Shown here piece by piece: positions 26,813 to 37,868 of a DNA stretch of 38,514 nt. Made by a program: the position numbers and the translations under genes. Positions within the stretch are counted from its first letter, which is position 1, and every line of letters starts with the position of its first letter. Under the pieces are notes generated by a model. That model was not told the DNA's origin. It worked only from the letters and a program-made list of their open reading frames with translations, and ran no database searches. This DNA comes from Mycoplasmatota bacterium. GTDB lineage: Bacteria > Bacillota_I > Bacilli_A > Izemoplasmatales > Izemoplasmataceae. The stretch is taken from NCBI GenBank assembly GCA_030636545.1, contig DAOVWR010000001.1, forward strand, positions 1 through 38,514, given 5' to 3'.

Positions 26813-27454
26813 TTACACCTCTTTCTTAAATAATACACTACCAAGTCTTAAATATGTTGCATTATGCTTTATGGCAATTAAGTAGTCATTACTCATTCCA
26901 ATTGATAATTCCAACAAATCAATATTTAGTTTTTCTTTTATTGTTATTTGTAAATTATTTAACTTCTTAAATTCGTTACTTATTATTTCTTCATTATCTG
27001 TTAGTTCTGCCATACCCATTAGTCCAATAATATTAACTTTATCAAGTTCTTTAATGTCTTTTAAGAAGTTAATTACTTCATTTGGATTAAGTCCATGTTT
27101 TGATTCTTCACTACTAATGTTCACTTGAATAAAACAGTTGAGTTTTTCAGTTCTTCTTTTTTGAATTTCTAAAGCAAGCTTCATTGTATCAAGTGAATGA
27201 AGATAATCGATTGAGTTTAATATCTTCTTTGCTTTTTTTGTTTGGAGGGTACCGATTAAATGCCAGGTAATCGGTAAATCAGCTAATTCTCTTTGTTTTT
27301 CTAGTAATATTTCTACTCTGTTTTCTCCGAAATTTGTTAATCCTGTATTATATAATTCTCTCATCTCGTTAGCGTTAAAATACTTTGTAGCTGCGACTAC
27401 AGTAATTGCTGGATTATTTATTGAAGCTAGTATTTCTTTAGTATAAAAGATCAT
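26813..27454 (-). CDS. yggS: PLP-homeostasis protein YggS/YlmE
   Basis: 213-aa ORF with VVAATKY (PLP lysine), HLIGTLQTKK and the RLGSVLF C-terminus. Confidence 0.87.
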   Translation of the reverse strand: MIFYTKEILASINNPAITVVAATKYFNANEMRELYNTGLTNFGENRVEILLEKQRELADLPITWHLIGTLQTKKAKKILNSIDYLHSLDTMKLALEIQKRRTEKLNCFIQVNISSEESKHGLNPNEVINFLKDIKELDKVNIIGLMGMAELTDNEEIISNEFKKLNNLQITIKEKLNIDLLELSIGMSNDYLIAIKHNATYLRLGSVLFKKEV

Positions 27455-27609
27455 TTTCTTCGGGAATAAGTAAATATACTAGTTAAAATAAATCCAAACG
27501 CAGCTAATAATAACATGAAAGAATCACTCATATCTTTCCATAGAATAAATGTTAAGAAAATGGCAAGTATTGATACAACATAAACAATAATAAATATATT
27601 TGATCTCAT
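27451..27609 (-). CDS. Unannotated 52-aa two-TM small protein, translationally coupled to yggS
   Basis: Below the ORF-track cutoff. ATG at 27609 lies 6 nt after SD aaaaaggtga. Translation: MRSNIFIIVYVVSILAIFLTFILWKDMSDSFMLLLAAFGFILTSIFTYSRRK*. Its TGA overlaps the yggS ATG (ATGA). Confidence 0.45.
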   Translation of the reverse strand: MRSNIFIIVYVVSILAIFLTFILWKDMSDSFMLLLAAFGFILTSIFTYSRRK

Positions 27610-27630
27610 AATATCACCTTTTTACATTAA

Positions 27631-27653
27631 ATTAAAAAAGCACCAGAGGCGCT
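27631..27653 (-). terminator. Probable (leaky) intrinsic terminator after ftsZ
   Basis: Minus strand AGCGCC-UCU-GGUGCU (one G-U pair) followed by UUUUUUAAUUU. It overlaps the ftsZ stop. No promoter-sized space lies before the next SD. Confidence 0.55.
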
Positions 27654-28795
27654 TATTTAAATCTTGATTTTAACCAAGATGGAATAGTTGTTTTTGATGG
27701 TTCATCTTCAACAACTTCAACAACTGGTTCTTTATGTTTTTTTCTTTTGCCTTTTTTAGAAGTATCTGCTTTTGGTGTTACAGGAGTATCGTCTGATTCT
27801 TCATGAGGCTTACTACCAATATCAACAAACTCAACTTTGCGATTTTCATCAAATCCAGCTGCGATTACAGTAACAATTATTTCATCTTCTATATCTTGAT
27901 TAATAGTTGTACCGTAAATGATATTTATTTCAGTAGAGCTTGCATTTTGAATAGCTTCAACAGCTTCATTTACTTCCCATAAGGCAATATCGATACCACT
28001 GGCAATATTTACAACTGCGTCAGTAGCACCGTCGATACTTGCATCTAATAATGGAGAATGTATGGCTTTTCTAGTTGCTTCGATAGCGCGATCTTCACCA
28101 CTAGCAATACCAATTCCCATAAGAGCAGTACCTTTATCTTTCATAACTGTTTTAATGTCAGCAAAATCAACGTTAATTAGTCCGGGTACTGTGATGATTT
28201 CAGCAATACCTTGAACTCCTTGACGTAATACATTATCCGCTTCTCTGAACGCCTCTAACATAGATGTAGAGCGGTCAACAACATAAAGTAAACGGTCGTT
28301 TGGAACAACAATTAAAGTATCAACATAAGGTTTTAAAGCATCTAGTCCTTCTAGTGCAGTTGCAACTCTTCTTCTTCCTTCGAAACTAAATGGTTTTGTA
28401 ACAATACCGATTGTTAAACATCCCATTTCCCTAGAAATCCTTGCAATTACCGGTGCAGCACCAGTACCAGTTCCACCACCCATACCTGCAGTGATGAATA
28501 CCATGTCAGTATCGCTTAATAATTCGCGAATTTCATCTTCTGACTCAATAGCGGCACGTCTCCCAATATCAGGATCTGCTCCTGCTCCAAGGCCTCTAGT
28601 TAACATCTTACCAATTTGGATTCTAGAATCAGCCTTAGAAAGTCTTAATACTTGTGCATCTGTGTTTATAGCTACAAATTCAACACCTTGAACCTCATTT
28701 TCAATCATTCGGTTCACTGCATTTCCTCCACCGCCACCAACTCCGATTACCTTAATTGAGGGCTTTTGATTAAAATTATCTAATGATTCGAACAT
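27653..28795 (-). CDS. ftsZ: Cell division GTPase FtsZ
   Basis: The track start is TTG 28810, inside SD ggagg. ATG 28795 gives MFESLDNF.... The tubulin signature [10 protein letters not shown] and [17 protein letters not shown] are present, with a basic C-terminal tail. Confidence 0.97.
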   Translation of the reverse strand: MFESLDNFNQKPSIKVIGVGGGGGNAVNRMIENEVQGVEFVAINTDAQVLRLSKADSRIQIGKMLTRGLGAGADPDIGRRAAIESEDEIRELLSDTDMVFITAGMGGGTGTGAAPVIARISREMGCLTIGIVTKPFSFEGRRRVATALEGLDALKPYVDTLIVVPNDRLLYVVDRSTSMLEAFREADNVLRQGVQGIAEIITVPGLINVDFADIKTVMKDKGTALMGIGIASGEDRAIEATRKAIHSPLLDASIDGATDAVVNIASGIDIALWEVNEAVEAIQNASSTEINIIYGTTINQDIEDEIIVTVIAAGFDENRKVEFVDIGSKPHEESDDTPVTPKADTSKKGKRKKHKEPVVEVVEDEPSKTTIPSWLKSRFK

Positions 28796-28887
28796 ATATT
28801 TTACCTCCAATTAACTTATTAATCTATTATATCATTTTTGTGGTATAAAATAAACATTATTTTTCTAAAAAACGGCTTAATAATCTA

Positions 28888-31305
<2,418 letters not shown>

Positions 31306-31306
<1 letters not shown>

Positions 31307-34239
31307 TATTCCACTCCCTTCATTGTCGAAAGTAAGCTTCTAACTCTAATATTAACAGTTCCTAAATTATTTACTTCATCAATCTTGATTTGGGTATATA
31401 ACTTATTATTTTCTTCTAGAATACTTTTTACTTCATCGGTTGTTATTGCATCAAGTCCACAACCAAATGATACTAATTGAATTAAATTAGCATTGTCAAT
31501 TTTAGAAATAAATTTAGCTGAATCGTATAATCTTGTATGATATGTCCATTGATTTAAAACATTTACTTCTTTTTGATCAGCATACGTATTAACAGAATCT
31601 GCACTAATTACCACTATTCCTAAACTTTGTAACAGTTTAGGGATTCCATGGTTTATTTCAGGATCAATATGATAAGGTCTTCCTGCTAATAAAATAATGT
31701 TTTTATTGTTATTAATTCCGTATTGTAATGCTCTTTTTCCTTCTTCTAAAACATCATCTCGGAAGTCTTTATATGCCTTAATAGCAAGTTTATACGCTTG
31801 TCTAAGCTCTTTTTTAGTGAAGTTCATTTTAGCATTAATTGAATCTTGAATATTTTTTATAAAGCGGTCAATTCTATTCAAACTAACATAGGGATCTAAA
31901 TAAGTATTTAAGTCAACGTTATCCATATTGGCACCAATAACTTCGGGATAAAAAGCTACAATTGGACAATTATATTCATTATCACGATGGTCTTTTTCAA
32001 TAAAGTTGTAAGGGATATTTGGATAGAATAAGAAATCAATATCTTTTTTTAAGAGATTCTCGATGTGACCGTGAACAAGTTTTGCAGGATAGCATATTGT
32101 ATCACTAGGTATCGTTTCTTGTCCTAACTCATAAATTGTTTTACTTGAACGATTAGAATAAACTATTTCATAACCTAATGCGTCAAAGAATGTAAACCAA
32201 AAAGGAATGTTTTCATACATATTTAAGACAAGTGGTATTCCGATTTTAGCTTTATATAGCTTATCTTTATTTGAAATGTAACTGGTAATCTTATCATATT
32301 TATATAAGTATAAGTTTGGTAATTTATGTCGATCAGAAACAATTCCAGCACCTTTATCACAACGATTTCCGGAAATAAACTTTTTTCCATTAAAAATATT
32401 AATAGTTAAAGCACAATAATTACTACATTTACGACATACTGCGCTATTTGTTTTATATGTAAAGTTATTTAATCCTTCAATATCTAAGATAGTAGATTCT
32501 TCTTTTTGTTTTTCCATTGCGACTAATGCAGCGCCAAAGGCTCCCATTAGTCCAGCAATATTTGGTCTAATTACTTCAGTACCAATTTCTTGTTCGAAGG
32601 CTCTTAAAATACCATTATTGTAAAATGTTCCACCTTGAACAATAATCTTTTCTCCGAACTCTGCTTTAACATCTACTGCTCTAATTACTTTATATAGAGC
32701 ATTCTTTACAACACTGTAAGCTAGTCCTGCTGAAATATCACTAGGTGATGCTCCTTCAGCTTGGGCTTGTTTTACTCCACTATTCATAAACACAGTACAT
32801 CTACTACCTAAATCAACTGGTTTATCAGATTCAAGAGCCAAAGCGGCAAAATCTTCAATAGTATGTCCTAGTGAAGTTGAGAATGTTTCAATGAAAGATC
32901 CACACCCACTACTACAAGCTTCGTTTAAGATAATGGTTGTAATAACACCATTTTCTACTTTAAAACATTTCATATCTTGACCACCAATATCGATAATGAA
33001 TTCAACTTCTGGTAAGAAGTGTTTAGCGGCTTTGTAGTGACAGATTGTCTCTACTTCACCGTCATCTAAATTGAAGGCATTCTTTATAAGTTGTTCACCA
33101 TACCCAGTTGAAAAAGCACTTTTTATCGTGATTTTATCTTTTGTTAGATTATAGATTTCATATAAAGCTGTTTTTACCATATCAACAGGGTTACCTTTGT
33201 TGTGTGAGTAAAAACTATATAAAATCTCTTTATTTTCATTTATTAAGACAAGTTTTGTAGTTGTACTTCCAGCGTCAATTCCTAAATAAGCATTTCCTTC
33301 ATAGTTACTAATGTCAACTTGTTCAACTTTAGCTTGATCATGTCTTTCAACAAAATCACTAAAATGCTTTTTAGTTTCAAATAAAGGTTTTAGTGTTTTT
33401 TTCTGATTTCTACGATCAATTTTATCGTATTTTATTACACAATCAATTAATTCTTCTATTGTTGATTCTGTTTCATTAGCGACCAAAGCAGCTCCGAAAG
33501 CTACAAACACTTCGCCATGTTCAGGGATAAAGACATCTTCTAAATCAAGAAACTCGATAAATCTTTTTCTTAATTCACTCGCAAAAGTTAAGGGTCCTCC
33601 TAAAAAAGCAACACGGCCTTTTATTTTTCTTCCTTGGCTAAGTCCAGCAATAGTTTGATTAACAATTGCTTGATAGATACTTATGGCTATATCTTCATGA
33701 GTAGCTCCTTGATTCAATAACGGTTGAATATCGCTTTTCGCAAATACCCCACATCTTGAAGCAATTGGATATATCTTTTTATAGTTTTTAGCTAATTCGT
33801 TAACCTCAGCACTATCTACATCAAGTAAAGTAGCCATTTGATCGATAAATGCCCCAGTACCACCAGCACAGGTTCCATTCATTCTTTGTTCGATGTTATT
33901 TCCACTAAAGAAGATAATCTTAGCATCTTCGCCACCTAACTCGATACATACATCAAACTTTCCACCTTCATTTTCTAAGGCTTCAGTTGCACTGATAACT
34001 TCTTGTGTGAATTGTCTTTTAATACCTTCAGCCAAAAACATTGAAGCACTACCAGTAAAATTAAAAAACATCTTTTTACCATTAAAAGTATTTTGAATAT
34101 CCTTTAATAGATTGATTAAAGATGTGGTTATACTGCTTTTATGTCGTAAATATGTTTTGTAAAGCATCTCATTATGCTCATTAATTACGACTGCTTTAAT
34201 TGTGGTACTTCCAATATCTATTCCAACTCTTAAACTCAT
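31306..34239 (-). CDS. Fusion protein: two tandem BcrAD/BadFG (HgdC-type 'archerase') ATPase modules, a CX2CX3C...C motif and a DUF2229-like C-terminal domain
   Basis: The track start is GTG 34248. ATG 34239 follows SD agggtga. Module 1: GIDIGSTTIK, ELGGEDAK, GTCAGGTG, SRCGVFAKSD. Module 2: GIDAGSTTTK, DIGGQDMK, EACSSGCGSF, SRCTVFMNSG. Then CRKCSNYC...RCDKG, SDTICYPAK, YNCPIV and SFGCGLD. Confidence 0.85.
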
Positions 34240-34314
34240 TATGATCACCCTGTGTCTTCATTATCATTACTATTTTACTATAAAACTGACAAATTAATAA
34301 GAAAATTATGTGAA

Positions 34315-34343
34315 ATTATAAATAAAGCAAAGATATTTGACAA
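34315..34343 (-). promoter_or_regulatory. Promoter of the ATPase-fusion operon
   Basis: Minus strand TTGTCA - 17 nt - TATAAT (-35 at 34343-34338, -10 at 34320-34315). Confidence 0.55.
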
Positions 34344-34365
34344 ATACCTTATATTAATATATATT
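34337..34365 (+). promoter_or_regulatory. Promoter of the preQ1 riboswitch-yhhQ transcript
   Basis: Plus strand TTGACA (34337-34342) - 17 nt - TATATT (34360-34365). The -35 hexamer overlaps the -35 of the divergent promoter by 5 of 6 positions. Confidence 0.55.
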
Positions 34366-34383
34366 ATTTATGATTTTAAGTAG

Positions 34384-34426
34384 TGCGCAGTTCGTAACCA
34401 TCCTGCGATATCAAAACTAGGAGGAA
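34384..34426 (+). promoter_or_regulatory. preQ1-I riboswitch (translational, SD in the 3' tail)
   Basis: P1 CGCAG (34386-34390) / CUGCG (34403-34407). Loop UUCGUAACCAUC contains the conserved GUAAC. The A-rich tail AUAUCAAAACUAGGAGG runs into the SD 7 nt before the yhhQ ATG. Upstream of a YhhQ/COG1738 gene, a known preQ1 regulon member. Confidence 0.8.
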
Positions 34427-34431
34427 AAAAA

Positions 34432-35121
34432 ATGAGTAATGAAATATTATGGCTAATATTTGCCTTAGTTAACTTCTCATTGATTGCTTTGTCATACAAA
34501 TTATTTGGGAAAACCGGATTGTTTGCTTGGATTGCAATGGGAACTATACTAGCAAATATTCAGGTAACAAAAACAATTGATTTTAATTTTTTTGGAATTC
34601 ATTTAGTGGCTACACTAGGAAATATAATGTATGGTACATTATTTTTAGTAACTGACTCACTGAGTGAAAAATATGGAATAAAAGACGCTAAAAGGGCTGT
34701 ATATATTGGTTTCTTTAGTTTGTTAGCTACTGTTGTTATTATGCAATTCTCAATATGGTTTATACCAAATATTGATGATTATGCTAATGACTCGCTAATA
34801 ACAATATTCTCTATACTCCCAAGAATTGCTTTAGCTAGTATGTCTGCATATATTGTAAGTCAGTTATTTGATGTTTATATATTCCAAAAAATTAAAAAAG
34901 CTACAAAAGGTAAATATTTATGGCTTCGAAACAATGGATCAACATTATTAAGTCAATTAATTGATACTTCTATCTTTGTTCCAATAGCTTTTATTGGAAT
35001 CTATGAGTTTGAAATTGTAAAGAGTATTTTTATTACAACTTATATTATCAAGATTATTGTAGCGGCCTTAGATACACCATTTATTTACTTAATTAAGAGA
35101 ATCAAACCATTACAAGACTAA
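34432..35121 (+). CDS. yhhQ: Queuosine-precursor (preQ0/preQ1) transporter, YhhQ/DUF165 family
   Basis: 229-aa polytopic membrane protein with the LWLRNNGSTLLSQLIDTSIF signature of the VUT/YhhQ family. preQ1 riboswitch upstream. Confidence 0.9.
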   Translation: MSNEILWLIFALVNFSLIALSYKLFGKTGLFAWIAMGTILANIQVTKTIDFNFFGIHLVATLGNIMYGTLFLVTDSLSEKYGIKDAKRAVYIGFFSLLATVVIMQFSIWFIPNIDDYANDSLITIFSILPRIALASMSAYIVSQLFDVYIFQKIKKATKGKYLWLRNNGSTLLSQLIDTSIFVPIAFIGIYEFEIVKSIFITTYIIKIIVAALDTPFIYLIKRIKPLQD

Positions 35122-35130
35122 AAAAGGGAA

Positions 35131-35880
35131 CTATTTCAATAATGGTTCTTTTTTTTGATAAAAAGGTAGTCCATATAAATAACCAAGCAAAGCGGCAAAC
35201 GGTATCCAAAAAGCTACATAAACCCATCTTGACACTTCGTAAAGTGTATTTAGTGGTGTTCCAGTAATTACTGGTTGCATCGTATAAAACATATTGAGTT
35301 CATCAGGCTTATTCACTATAAGATTGATAATTGTTGATCCAAACGTTAAAGAAATCGTAACATAGAAGAATAATTTCCAGTCTTCTCTTACAATTTTATA
35401 GTCATAGACGTTCATCATGTAAAAAGGTATGACTATAATTCCAATATGTCTGAAAAAGAACTGATAATAATGGTATTTTAGTGGTCCTTCAAGCATTGTT
35501 GGACCAAGTAATGATAAAACTGCTCCAAATCCCCAAAAGAATGTTAATTTAAACAAGACTTTATTTTTTGTAAGTAAGGTTAGTCCTCCAAAGAATGTGG
35601 CATATCCACAGGTTGCGATTGGAAGATAGTGATACCACTCTTGACCTAAGTAATATGAATACTGCCAGAGGTTCACATTTGTATAAATCATCATTATTCC
35701 TAAAGTATAGCGCAATATTTTCTCATATTTCCATTCTTTTAATTTTCCTGAATATTTGTAAACCGTGTATATTATTGCTATAGAAACGATAAGAGTAATA
35801 AAATGGGTCATCGAAAACATGTGAAATTGTGGTGTAGATTCCAACGGTAAACGCTTGAAAAAAGTCGTAAACACACTCAT
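35131..35880 (-). CDS. TIGR02206/YwaF-like integral membrane protein, function unknown
   Basis: 249-aa ORF with seven hydrophobic segments. SD agaggtga. HYLPIATCGYATFFGG resembles the conserved LP..LC motif of the family. Family assignment is from memory. Confidence 0.6.
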   Translation of the reverse strand: MSVFTTFFKRLPLESTPQFHMFSMTHFITLIVSIAIIYTVYKYSGKLKEWKYEKILRYTLGIMMIYTNVNLWQYSYYLGQEWYHYLPIATCGYATFFGGLTLLTKNKVLFKLTFFWGFGAVLSLLGPTMLEGPLKYHYYQFFFRHIGIIVIPFYMMNVYDYKIVREDWKLFFYVTISLTFGSTIINLIVNKPDELNMFYTMQPVITGTPLNTLYEVSRWVYVAFWIPFAALLGYLYGLPFYQKKEPLLK

Positions 35881-35965
35881 TTGATCACCTCTTGACCATA
35901 TATAAAAGAAATTTATTGTATCCCTTTTATTTTACTACAATAGATATAAAAAAGAAAACATTATA

Positions 35966-35994
35966 TTGAAAACGCTAACACCTTAATGTATAAT
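35966..35994 (+). promoter_or_regulatory. Promoter of tnaA
   Basis: TTGAAA (35966-35971) - 17 nt - TATAAT (35989-35994), about 40 nt before the ATG. There is no room for a TnaC-type leader peptide. Confidence 0.6.
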
Positions 35995-36034
35995 ATCTTT
36001 TGGGTAATTATACTATAAATTTTGGAGGAAAATT

Positions 36035-37420
36035 ATGGACAAAAAATATGTAGCTCCACCTTATCGAATAAAAATGATTGAACCTATTAAAATGACTACC
36101 AAAGAGGAAAGAATATCATTACTAAAAGCAGCTGGATATAATCCTTTTTCTTTAAGAAGTGAAGATGTCTATATTGATTTACTGACAGATAGTGGAACTG
36201 GGGCAATGAGTCATTATCAATGGGCAGCATTGATGCAGGGAGACGAAGCATATGCTGGATCTAGAAGTTTTTATAGATTTGAAAAGGTAGTAAAAGATAT
36301 TACTGGTTATGATTACATACTTCCAGCTCATCAAGGACGTGGTGCTGAACAAGTAATGCTTCCGCAACTTGTTACTAAACAGGGTATGTATTTTATTTCA
36401 AATATGCATTTCGATACAACAAGAGCACATGTTGAACTTGCTGGAGCTAGAGCGCTGGACTGTGCAATTGATGAATGTTTTGATACAGAACATTATCATC
36501 CATTCAAAGGAAATTTTGATCTTATTAAATTAGATAAAATAATTATGGATAAAGGAAAAGAAAATATCGCAGGTATTATCTTAACTATTACTAATAATAG
36601 TGCTGGTGGACAACCTGTCAGTATGGAAAATCTTCGTTCCGTTAAGAAAATTGCAGATAAATATGGTATTACTATTCTAATTGATGGTGCAAGATATGCG
36701 GAAAATGCTTATTTTGTTAAACAAAGAGAAAAAGGTTATGAGAATAAGTCAATTTTAGAAATTGCTAAAGAAGTATTTGATTTAGCAGATATCTTCTTAA
36801 TGAGTAGTAAAAAAGACGGTTTATCTAATATTGGTGGGATAATAGCTATTAAGAATGATACAGAGCTATATAATAAATGTCGTACTTATATGGTTCCCAT
36901 GGAAGGATTCCCAACTTATGGTGGACTAACTGGTAGAGACATGGAAGCTTTAAGTGTTGGCTTAATGGAGGCTTTAGAAGAAGATTATTTAGAACATCGC
37001 TTAGATCAAGTAAGATATTTAGGTGATAGATTACGAGATGCAGGTGTTCCGATTCAGTATCCTACTGGAGGACATGCAGTATTTGTAGATTGTAGAAAGT
37101 TTGTACCACATATTCCTTACTATGAATTTCCAGCTCAAAGTGTCTGCAATGCTCTTTACTTAGAGGCTGGAGTAAGACCTGTAGAAATTGGTTCTTTCCT
37201 ACTTGGAAGAGACCCTGATACCGGTAAAAACTTGGAAAGCCCTTTAGAATTAATGAGATTAACAATACCAAGAAGAACATATACTTATAAACATTTAGAT
37301 GTTGTAGCTGAAGCTGTGATTGAGGTTTATAAAAACAGAGATTCATTAGTAGGACTTGAATTTGATTATGAACCACCTGTTTTAAGACACTTTACAGCAA
37401 GACTTAAACCAATTAAATAG
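36035..37420 (+). CDS. tnaA: Tryptophanase (tryptophan indole-lyase), beta-eliminating lyase family
   Basis: 461-aa ORF with IDLLTDSGTGAMS, HQGRGAEQ and the PLP-lysine context SSKKDGL. It carries the discriminators FDTT (Asp, as in TnaA; tyrosine phenol-lyase has Thr) and VLRHFTARL (His, as in TnaA; TPL has Phe). Confidence 0.88.
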   Translation: MDKKYVAPPYRIKMIEPIKMTTKEERISLLKAAGYNPFSLRSEDVYIDLLTDSGTGAMSHYQWAALMQGDEAYAGSRSFYRFEKVVKDITGYDYILPAHQGRGAEQVMLPQLVTKQGMYFISNMHFDTTRAHVELAGARALDCAIDECFDTEHYHPFKGNFDLIKLDKIIMDKGKENIAGIILTITNNSAGGQPVSMENLRSVKKIADKYGITILIDGARYAENAYFVKQREKGYENKSILEIAKEVFDLADIFLMSSKKDGLSNIGGIIAIKNDTELYNKCRTYMVPMEGFPTYGGLTGRDMEALSVGLMEALEEDYLEHRLDQVRYLGDRLRDAGVPIQYPTGGHAVFVDCRKFVPHIPYYEFPAQSVCNALYLEAGVRPVEIGSFLLGRDPDTGKNLESPLELMRLTIPRRTYTYKHLDVVAEAVIEVYKNRDSLVGLEFDYEPPVLRHFTARLKPIK

Positions 37421-37501
37421 GTTTTTCTAAAAATTTGTTGAAATAAATGAAAATAGTATCGTAATATGATATAATATTCACAAAATACAAGGAGGAAACA
37501 A

Positions 37502-37807
37502 ATGGAAACTTTCTTTAAAGAATATGTTGATATGTTTAAACGCTGGAGTGATTTCGAAGGTAAATCAGATTTAAAAGAATTTTGGATGGCAATACTAATT
37601 AACTTTATTATTTCTAGTATACTAACTGCTATTGGAGTTCAAGCTATAATTAGTATTTACGGATTAATCGCAATAGTACCTTTGATTGCTGTTAATATTA
37701 GACGTTTACATGATATGGGCAGTAGCGGATGGAACATTTTATGGTGGTTATTACCAATAATTGGTTGGATTATCATAATCCTTAAATTAGTAAAACCTAG
37801 CAAGTAA
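37502..37807 (+). CDS. DUF805 family inner-membrane protein
   Basis: 101-aa ORF. SD aaggagg. The R/K..FW motif (LKEFWMAIL) and RRLHDMGSSGW are the hallmark of DUF805 (YhaH/YhaI-like). Confidence 0.8.
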   Translation: METFFKEYVDMFKRWSDFEGKSDLKEFWMAILINFIISSILTAIGVQAIISIYGLIAIVPLIAVNIRRLHDMGSSGWNILWWLLPIIGWIIIILKLVKPSK

Positions 37808-37819
37808 CATTATTAATTT

Positions 37820-37851
37820 AAAAAGCAGACACATTTTGTGTCTGCTTTTTT
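37820..37851. terminator. Bidirectional terminator between the DUF805 gene and convergent queA
   Basis: aaaaagcagacac-atttt-gtgtctgcttttttt: a perfect stem (37825-37832 / 37838-37845) flanked by A and T runs. Confidence 0.85.
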
Positions 37852-37868
37852 TCATGTTCTTATAATTT

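Noticed and set aside
28491-28691. 66-aa plus-strand ORF
   Set aside because: Antisense to the GTP-binding core of ftsZ.
33893-34096. 67-aa plus-strand ORF
   Set aside because: Antisense to the first ATPase module of the 31306..34239 gene.
35118-35160. Possible terminator between convergent yhhQ and the TIGR02206-like gene (gggaac-N13-gttctt plus T8)
   Set aside because: The stem needs two G-U pairs and has a 13-nt loop. It works on the plus strand only and overlaps the coding 3' end of the minus-strand gene. Too weak to call.
35595-35783. 62-aa plus-strand ORF
   Set aside because: Antisense to the TIGR02206-like membrane protein gene.
36179-37376. 62-aa and 104-aa minus-strand ORFs (36179..36367, 37062..37376)
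   Set aside because: Antisense to tnaA, which is strongly supported by family motifs.
36035-37420. Possibility that the beta-eliminating lyase is tyrosine phenol-lyase
   Set aside because: The substrate-discriminating positions read FDTT (Asp) and RHFT (His) as in tryptophanase, not FTTT (Thr) and RFFT (Phe) as in TPL. The EIGSFLLGRDPDTGK block is also tryptophanase-like.
34249-37860. Mobile element or genomic island between queA and tgt
   Set aside because: No integrase, transposase, tRNA target or flanking direct/inverted repeats that I can see. The genes have host-like promoters, SDs and terminators. I kept it only as a synteny break, not as a mobile element.
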